From Verrucomicrobiaceae bacterium (GTDB lineage: Bacteria > Verrucomicrobiota > Verrucomicrobiia > Verrucomicrobiales > Akkermansiaceae), in the NCBI GenBank assembly GCA_051252135.1, contig JBPOGH010000001.1:160001-224000 (forward strand): DNA of 64,000 nt, in the 5' to 3' direction. Positions 57,694 through 64,000 of this stretch are shown one piece after another. The stretch's first letter is position 1. The number at the start of each line of letters is the position of its first letter. A program made the translations under genes and the position numbers. The notes beneath the pieces are model-generated. The model was not told the DNA's origin, searched no databases, and saw nothing but the letters and a program-made list of their open reading frames with translations.

Positions 57694-58494
57694 TTAAGAC
57701 GATTGATCTTGGTCCAGATGCCATATTTCGTCCTCAGTCCCTTGATTCCAAACCTTTGAGTCTTTGATGGCACGATGGGTGAAGGAATGGGCTTGAGCGG
57801 CTGCTTCCGAAATGGAGTGTCCATAGGCAATGCCGGCGCACAGGGCCGCGGAAAGCGTGCATCCGGTTCCATGGGTCATGGGGATGTCAAGGTGGGGGGC
57901 GATGAAGGGTTCGATGGCACCATCATGCACGAGGAGATCACGGTGGTCTGTGGTATTTTCAAAGTGGCCTCCTTTGAGATAACATGAGCAGGAAAATTTG
58001 TTGGCCAGGTCCAGAGCTGCCTTTTCCTGATCCCGATGTGAGAGAACCGGCCGCCCAAGAAGGATGGAGGCCTCGGGCAGGTTTGGGGTGATGATGTGTG
58101 CCATGGGTAGCAAGCGGTCGACAATGGCCGATAATGCGGAATCCTCGAGTAGCGGGTCTCCTGTCGAGGCGACCATGACGGGGTCGACGATGATCGGAAT
58201 ATCGTATTGAGATAAGATCTCGCAGACGGCAACGATGTGGGGTTTGGAAAAAAGCATCCCTGTTTTGATTGCCGCGACAGGGTAAGATTCCAGAAGGAGG
58301 CTGATTTGTTGTTGGAGGATGACCGGAGGGATCGGGTGGATCTCGCTGACAACCCGCGGGGTTTCTGCAACGACGCAGGTGACGGCATTCAGACCGTGAA
58401 CCCCGAAAGAAGAAAATGTTTTCAGATCAGCTTGCAAGCCAGCTCCCCCCGAGGAATCGGAACCGGCGATGGTGAGTGCAATGGGCATATTCAT
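57694..58494 (-). CDS. thiD: Hydroxymethylpyrimidine/phosphomethylpyrimidine kinase
   Basis: [51 protein letters not shown]. Confidence 0.96.
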   Translation of the reverse strand: MNMPIALTIAGSDSSGGAGLQADLKTFSSFGVHGLNAVTCVVAETPRVVSEIHPIPPVILQQQISLLLESYPVAAIKTGMLFSKPHIVAVCEILSQYDIPIIVDPVMVASTGDPLLEDSALSAIVDRLLPMAHIITPNLPEASILLGRPVLSHRDQEKAALDLANKFSCSCYLKGGHFENTTDHRDLLVHDGAIEPFIAPHLDIPMTHGTGCTLSAALCAGIAYGHSISEAAAQAHSFTHRAIKDSKVWNQGTEDEIWHLDQDQSS

Positions 58495-58571
58495 GAGGAG
58501 AGTTTAAACTCAATTCTCCTGACTTGCGAGATCGACTTGCACGATGACAAGGCGGCGGTAGCATACAGCCT

Positions 58572-58955
58572 GTGTCAAAGGGGTATTTTGAATTACCAGG
58601 TCTCTCGGTAGAGGTTGAGGAGGTGGTCCATGTGCCTCACCTTGAGGCTCCGCCGGAGCGTCCCCATCCTTTTGTATATTTCATTTCCATCATTAACAAT
58701 TCTCCGGAGACGGTTACCATTTTGGGGAGAAAGTGGATTCTCCGCGAGAGTAACGGGGACACGATCGTCGTTGAGGGCGAGGGGGTCGTAGGTGAGACTC
58801 CGGTGATTCATTCCGGATCCAAATTTTCCTACAACAGCTACCACGTGATAGGTTGCCGGACCTCGGTGACAGGTGGATTTTTCGGAAGGGATTCAAAAGG
58901 ATTGGGGGTGCGGGTGACGATTCCGCCTTTTGAATTGGAGCCTCCCGTGATTTAG
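58572..58955 (+). CDS. apaG: ApaG domain protein
   Basis: FVYFISI.N, RKW.L, VEGEGVVGETP, FSYNS, IPPFEL. Confidence 0.9.
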   Translation: MSKGYFELPGLSVEVEEVVHVPHLEAPPERPHPFVYFISIINNSPETVTILGRKWILRESNGDTIVVEGEGVVGETPVIHSGSKFSYNSYHVIGCRTSVTGGFFGRDSKGLGVRVTIPPFELEPPVI

Positions 58956-59488
58956 AAAGAGATCACGCGATGCATTTTTTGATCGTGAGGAGCGGTGCTG
59001 AGTTCCGAGACAATCTGGCAGGAAAAGCAGGTTCCGATTTTCCGGGAGTCCGGAGCCTGGATGAGGAAGCGGTCGTAATATCCGCCACCTTGTCCCAACC
59101 GTAAGCCGTCTTTGGTAAAGGCAACTCCCGGGCAAATAATAGTGGAGAGTTGGGAGGGGGAGATGGCCGGAATTCCGGACGGTTCGGGGATGCCGAACGC
59201 TCCGGGGCGGAGAACGGAAAGATCGTTAACCGGTTGAAACTCCATTTTTCCTTCACCGAGAACCCGGGGGAAGCAAAAGGTTACGGCAGGACAAAAATCG
59301 AGCAGCGCGGTGAGGTCTGGTTCCCTGGGGGTCGGGTAAAAGAGAGCCACAGTGCCTGTGAGCATGGGGGCGATGGTCTCGCAAATGGCGGCCGAAGAAG
59401 TGGTTCGGGTGTGAGCGGGGAGCTGATCCAAGACCTGGCGCATCCTCCGCCGGAGGTTCGATTTATTGTCCCTTGCGTTCGGCGGCAT
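58952..59488 (-). CDS. 5-formyltetrahydrofolate cyclo-ligase
   Basis: KSNLRRRM, FPRV, FGIPEP, PGVAF...GLRLGQGGGYYDRFL, PHD. Confidence 0.93.
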   Translation of the reverse strand: MPPNARDNKSNLRRRMRQVLDQLPAHTRTTSSAAICETIAPMLTGTVALFYPTPREPDLTALLDFCPAVTFCFPRVLGEGKMEFQPVNDLSVLRPGAFGIPEPSGIPAISPSQLSTIICPGVAFTKDGLRLGQGGGYYDRFLIQAPDSRKIGTCFSCQIVSELSTAPHDQKMHRVISF

Positions 59489-59507
59489 GGCAGGAAGAAT
59501 AGCGGTG

Positions 59508-60062
59508 ATGAACGTGATCCGGCAAGCATGCCTCCTATTTATCACCGCCTTGATGGGAATGGGACAGGATGAGATGGACTTTCGATTCGAGGCTCCATTG
59601 GTGCTTGATTCGGTGTTTGACGACTCGTTGGGGATGATTCGGCAGGAGCGGGATGAGTATGCATCCAATCTTGTGATATACGCGTCAAATGAGGTGTTGC
59701 GGGAGAAAGCTTCTCCGGGCTCGTTGGCTTTGGCCAAGCGAGTGATCGCGTTGGCGCTGCATCTATCGCGTGGAAACAAGCAGGGTCTCCATCTGCAACG
59801 AAGGTTGAAGGAGGGGAAGCTACCCGCGTTTCAGGAACCTGAGTACGGAGCCCTGACTCTTTCCGGGTTGATATTTGAGCGGGCCCGCAAACTGGAAAAT
59901 CAACCGGGAGATCAAAATCGACTATTGGCGCGATATCTAATGGACCTTGCGGCAACCCTTGACTCTAAAAATGAGGAGATCGTAGAAGCCTGTGAAATGC
60001 AAAAAATCGAATACGGGAGAGTGCCTTGGAGTAAGCTGACGGGTAATCAATCGTCCAAGTAG
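59508..60062 (+). CDS. Hypothetical protein
   Basis: ORF with N-terminal hydrophobic segment, divergent from the cyclo-ligase gene. Confidence 0.65.
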   Translation: MNVIRQACLLFITALMGMGQDEMDFRFEAPLVLDSVFDDSLGMIRQERDEYASNLVIYASNEVLREKASPGSLALAKRVIALALHLSRGNKQGLHLQRRLKEGKLPAFQEPEYGALTLSGLIFERARKLENQPGDQNRLLARYLMDLAATLDSKNEEIVEACEMQKIEYGRVPWSKLTGNQSSK

Positions 60063-60640
60063 CTTTGAAGCATTTCCCTGAGGGTCGTGCGAGCGCGGAA
60101 GAGTTGGCTTTTCACTGCTGGAACGGAAAGCTCGAGAACTTCGGCAATTTCCTCGTAGGGCATTTTTTCGTAGCGTCGAAGGACTACTGCGAGCCGTTGC
60201 TTTTCGGGGAGACTGGAAATAGCCCGATCCACCACCTCTCGTAATTCATCTTGTTCCAGGGATTGGTCCGGTTGTCCGGCGGGCGTAAGGTCGGCAAGTT
60301 GTTGATGCCAGTCCTGTTCTTGCTCTTCCAATGAGTGCTCCTTTTGCCTGCTTTTCTTCCGGGTGTGATTGAAGACAAGGTTCCTTGTGATGGTGAAGAG
60401 GAAGGTGGTGAATTTTGCGGTGGGCTTATATTTCCGGGACGACTTCCAGATTCGAATGAAGACCTGTTGGGAGAGGTCTTCGGTATCAGCGCAGAAGTGG
60501 GTCATTTTGCCTATGGTGCCGATCACCGCGCGCTGGTGTTTCTCCACCAGCTTGCGGAAAGCGTCCTCATCGCCGGAGGCGATTCGGTACATCAATGCGA
60601 CGTCTTCGTCGTTTGCTGCGTCTGCATCTCCTTCACCCAT
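60047..60640 (-). CDS. ECF RNA polymerase sigma factor
   Basis: GDEDAFRKLV, EDLSQQVF, FTTFLFTITRN, LPEKQR, YEEIAEVL, VKSQLFRAR. Confidence 0.94.
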   Translation of the reverse strand: MGEGDADAANDEDVALMYRIASGDEDAFRKLVEKHQRAVIGTIGKMTHFCADTEDLSQQVFIRIWKSSRKYKPTAKFTTFLFTITRNLVFNHTRKKSRQKEHSLEEQEQDWHQQLADLTPAGQPDQSLEQDELREVVDRAISSLPEKQRLAVVLRRYEKMPYEEIAEVLELSVPAVKSQLFRARTTLREMLQSYLDD

Positions 60641-60708
60641 CGATCAGTAAATTGAACCCAAAGGATGAGAAGAGGTTGCGCGACGAAAACATTTTTCTGT
60701 AACGGGGG

Positions 60709-61995
60709 CTATAGCTCCTCGGGGGCAACCAGCTCCTCTACCGTTTGACGGCGACGGATCAACTTGCTTTGCGATCCATCGACGAGGACTTCAGCGGGCA
60801 GCGGGTGGGTATTGTAAGTCGAGGCCATGGTGAACCCATAAGCACCTGCTGACATTAGAGCGATCAGGTCACCGGGACCAAAAGGGGCCACGGCACGATC
60901 CTGACAAAAGAAGTCTCCCGTTTCGCAAATGGGCCCCACGACGTCCACCACCTGCGCTTCGCCGGAGGATTCGGTAATCGGGTTGATCTCGTGATACCCT
61001 TCATAGAGCGCGGGGCGGATCAGTTGATGCATTCCTGAATCGACGATCTTGAAGGTCTTGGCGGACCCCTTTTTTTCGTAGAGGCAGCGTGTAACAAGAA
61101 CTCCGGCGTTTCCTGCAATGAAACGTCCTGGTTCGAGGAGGATTTTGAGCCCCAGGTCTTTGAGGACAGGGACGATGCTTGTCGCGTATTCTGTTGGGGT
61201 GAGAGGGCGGGTCCCGGGGTCGTGGTTTTCCCACCAGCCAGGATCGCCGGAAGCAAGGGCAGGGTCATAGACAATGCCAATTCCTCCGCCGATGGAGAAA
61301 AATTCGATCCCGTAACGATCTTTCAACTTGGACGCAAGGGGAGCTACTTTCCCAACCGCTTCGTGAAACGGGGAGACAGAGGTGAGTTGCGATCCGATGT
61401 GCATCTGAAGGCCGCGAAGCTTCACGTTGGGTAACGTTGAAGCACGTGCGTATGCGTCTTCGATGAGGGCGAAGTCGATGCCGAATTTGTTCTCCGATTT
61501 GCCGGTGGAAATGTATTTGTGGGTCTTCGCGTCAACGTTTGGATTCACGCGGAAAGCGATGGGGGCGATCACTCCGAGTTCACCTGCGACCTGATTGATG
61601 AACACCGCTTCTTCCTCGGATTCCACGTTGAGGGAGTAGATTCCGTTGTTGAGGGCGTATTCGATTTCGCTGCGCGTTTTCCCGACACCTGCGAAAGTGC
61701 ATTTGCCGGGATCTCCACCTGCTTTGATGACCCGGTAGAGTTCCCCCCCGGAGACGATATCGAATCCAGACCCCATTTCGGCGAGAACGCGCAGGATCGA
61801 GAGGTTGGAGTTGGCCTTTACGGCGTAGGCTATTTCGTGATCAAGACCATCGAGAGCAAGGTCAAGCTTCCGGTAGTGTTCCCGAAAGGTGTTGGCCGAG
61901 TAGACGTAGAGCGGAGTTCCGTGTTCTTCGGCGAGAGACTGAAGGGAGACATCCTCGCAATGGAGCGAACCTGAAGTGTATTGAAAAGAGTGCAT
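60709..61995 (-). CDS. lysA: Diaminopimelate decarboxylase
   Basis: GTPLYVYS, YAVKAN, DIVSGGE, HIGSQ, GGG, EPGR, GPICETGD, AGAYG. Confidence 0.97.
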   Translation of the reverse strand: MHSFQYTSGSLHCEDVSLQSLAEEHGTPLYVYSANTFREHYRKLDLALDGLDHEIAYAVKANSNLSILRVLAEMGSGFDIVSGGELYRVIKAGGDPGKCTFAGVGKTRSEIEYALNNGIYSLNVESEEEAVFINQVAGELGVIAPIAFRVNPNVDAKTHKYISTGKSENKFGIDFALIEDAYARASTLPNVKLRGLQMHIGSQLTSVSPFHEAVGKVAPLASKLKDRYGIEFFSIGGGIGIVYDPALASGDPGWWENHDPGTRPLTPTEYATSIVPVLKDLGLKILLEPGRFIAGNAGVLVTRCLYEKKGSAKTFKIVDSGMHQLIRPALYEGYHEINPITESSGEAQVVDVVGPICETGDFFCQDRAVAPFGPGDLIALMSAGAYGFTMASTYNTHPLPAEVLVDGSQSKLIRRRQTVEELVAPEEL

Positions 61996-62079
61996 GGACG
62001 GCGGGACACATCGTCGTTCCGGAGACCGGACTGTCAAGAATTGGAGAAAAAATGAGCAATTTGCCCGGTCGGGGGTCTC

Positions 62080-62865
62080 ATGGTAAAGATGCAAGCGGTG
62101 AACGCTATTGAGCAAAAAAGAAGATGGGTCATGTTAACCCGGCCCGGTTGGAATGTTCCAACGGTGGGGAGCCTGATTCTTATTCTGGCACACGTTCTGG
62201 TGGTGGCAACCGGTGGTGTGACATCTGAGGCGGAGGGGCTTCGTGATCTTTATTTGGAGTGGGGGTTATCGTGGCCTGGAATTCAGTCGGGTAGATTTGG
62301 ACAAATTCTAACCCATAGTTTTTTGCACGGAGATTGGTCCCATGTGCTGGTGAATGCCGCGTTGTTTTTCTACACAAGTGCGCGGATTGGGCACGTGCTT
62401 CGGCCATCGCGCGTCGTGATCTTATTTGCGGCTTGCAGCCTCATCAGCGGGCTTGCCCACCTATTGAGTCAGGCACTTATCCCCGGTTTGGGAAATGATC
62501 TCCTCGTGGGGGCTTCCGGCGGGGTGATGGGAATGTTTTTGGCGGTAACCGTGATTCATCCGGATTCGAAGATGATGCTCCTACCGGTGTCGGGCCGAAA
62601 TATTGGCAAGGGTTTTTTGATTGCCAGTGCTTTGCTTTTTCTGATGGATCCGAGATTGGAAATTCCTCTGTTCGGGATTGTCGGAGAATGGGTGATCAGT
62701 GCTGTGGGGAAGGAGATTTTCGCAATCGGTCATCTCGTCCATTTCTCGGGAGGCTTGGTGGGTATTTTACTTGTGGGGCGGCTTTTGCCTCGATTGGTAA
62801 CGCTGGAAGAGCTCAGGGAAGAGCGGGCTGCAAAAGAGGGGAGCCTGACAGTTGACGCTGTTTAG
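62080..62865 (+). CDS. Rhomboid family intramembrane serine protease
   Basis: THSFLHGDWSHVLVN, VGASGG, HLVHFSG; start uncertain. Confidence 0.9.
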   Translation: MVKMQAVNAIEQKRRWVMLTRPGWNVPTVGSLILILAHVLVVATGGVTSEAEGLRDLYLEWGLSWPGIQSGRFGQILTHSFLHGDWSHVLVNAALFFYTSARIGHVLRPSRVVILFAACSLISGLAHLLSQALIPGLGNDLLVGASGGVMGMFLAVTVIHPDSKMMLLPVSGRNIGKGFLIASALLFLMDPRLEIPLFGIVGEWVISAVGKEIFAIGHLVHFSGGLVGILLVGRLLPRLVTLEELREERAAKEGSLTVDAV

Positions 62866-62891
62866 CCGGCCTGATTGACTCAAGCCGTTTT

Positions 62892-63896
62892 ATGGCACAA
62901 CAGACAGTTTTGGTCACCGGAGGAGCAGGATATATCGGCTCCCACACCGTTCGTTTACTTCAAGCAGAAGGATACAAAGTCATCGTCCTGGACAATTTGG
63001 TATATGGGCACCGCGATGCCATTGTTGATGATGATGTTGAGCTTGTCATTGGGGACGTCGGTAACCGCGAATTGTTGGAGGGGCTTTTTGAAAAGTACGG
63101 TTTTAAGGCGGTGATTCATTTTGCGGCCTATACCTATGTTGGTGAATCGGTTACCTCGCCGCTAAAATTCTACCGGAACAATACAGGCGAACCGGTGATC
63201 CTCCTTGAGGTCATGGAAAAGTTCGGCTGCAAGGCTTTCGTATTCTCCTCGACCTGTGCGACTTACGGGGAGCCACAGAAACTTCCACTTACCGAGGATC
63301 ATCCGCAGGATCCGGTGAGTCCCTACGGACGGAGCAAATTGATGGTGGAATGGATATTGTCAGATTGTGACGTTGCCTTCGGACTGAAAAGCGCCTCGCT
63401 TCGGTATTTCAATGCGAGCGGGGGCTCTCTTGATGGGAAGATTGGTGAAGATCATCGACCCGAGAGTCACCTCATCCCCTTGGTACTAATGGCCATTACC
63501 GGTGAATTGGAAAACATCAGTGTGTTTGGCACCGATTATCCGACCGAGGATGGGACGTGTATCCGTGACTACATTCACGTGGAGGATCTGGCTTCAGCCC
63601 ACCTTGCCGCTGTAAGGCACTTGGTTGGCGGGGGAGAGAGCATCCAATGCAATCTGGGTACCGGGGTCGGTATTTCGGTTAAAGAGATTATTGATGTCGC
63701 CGAAGAGGTGACAGGGAAAAAGGTTCCGGTGGTTTACGGGCCGCGACGCGCGGGAGATGCGGCAAGACTGGTTGCAGATCCTAAAATGGCCAAAGACCTC
63801 TTGGGTTGGGAAGCCAGTCACAAAGATGTGAAAACGATGGTTGAGTCGGCCTGGAAATGGATTTCCGGTCCACAGAAGGGGCGTTTTGATCGGTAG
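62892..63896 (+). CDS. galE: UDP-glucose 4-epimerase
   Basis: VTGGAGYIGSH, HFAA, FSSTCATYG, YGRSK, LRYFN, DGTCIRDYIHV, RRAGD. Confidence 0.96.
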   Translation: MAQQTVLVTGGAGYIGSHTVRLLQAEGYKVIVLDNLVYGHRDAIVDDDVELVIGDVGNRELLEGLFEKYGFKAVIHFAAYTYVGESVTSPLKFYRNNTGEPVILLEVMEKFGCKAFVFSSTCATYGEPQKLPLTEDHPQDPVSPYGRSKLMVEWILSDCDVAFGLKSASLRYFNASGGSLDGKIGEDHRPESHLIPLVLMAITGELENISVFGTDYPTEDGTCIRDYIHVEDLASAHLAAVRHLVGGGESIQCNLGTGVGISVKEIIDVAEEVTGKKVPVVYGPRRAGDAARLVADPKMAKDLLGWEASHKDVKTMVESAWKWISGPQKGRFDR

Positions 63897-64000
63897 GGAG
63901 AGTTGGATTTACAGTGTAACTACATTTTTTTTCTTGATGAATGCTTCCCAAGAGGCGATTAATTCTTAACACATGGTGAGTATGAGAACGCGGAATAGAC

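Noticed and set aside
58495..58571. TPP riboswitch upstream of thiD
   Set aside because: Only 77 bp shared with divergent apaG; no CTGAGA-type core seen.
58952..59779. 275-aa N-terminally extended cyclo-ligase (likewise extended rplM, trpA, lysA, adk)
   Set aside because: Extensions overlap neighbouring genes or promoters and lack family similarity; downstream starts were used.

Overview
Gene-dense bacterial chromosome segment of about 72 CDS. It is most likely Verrucomicrobiota; this is an inference from the PEP-CTERM protein, two sulfatases, WAxxDPxxA-repeat protein, K/A-rich histone-like proteins and scarcity of Shine-Dalgarno motifs. Most of it is housekeeping: purM-purF, xth, rplM-rpsI, scpB-pheA, acpP, accA, rlmI, glnS, sufS-sufE, ligA, trpA-dapF, queD, lemA, adk-fmt, pyrH-frr, a UvrD/PcrA helicase, xerC, thiD, apaG, an ECF sigma factor, lysA and galE. 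I recognised no rRNA, tRNA, CRISPR array or transposase. The most unusual locus is a three-gene operon at 37.5-40.4 kb. It encodes two Hcp (T6SS tube)-like proteins that both carry apparent Sec signal peptides, one fused to DxDxDG repeats and a C-terminal surface-protein domain, plus a translationally coupled NPPF-type methyltransferase. No other T6SS gene is in the window. Other candidates: an unannotated 56-aa Cys-rich metallothionein-like lipoprotein; a CxxC...PPP leader ORF ahead of a His/Met-rich beta-barrel (possible metal-sensing arrest peptide); a histone-like/zinc-less DksA fusion; a probably inactive LysM-L,D-transpeptidase; an NlpC/P60-inhibitor fusion; a degenerate BrnT/BrnA pair; and recurrent leaderless promoter architecture. 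All calls are by motif recognition only; no searches were run.
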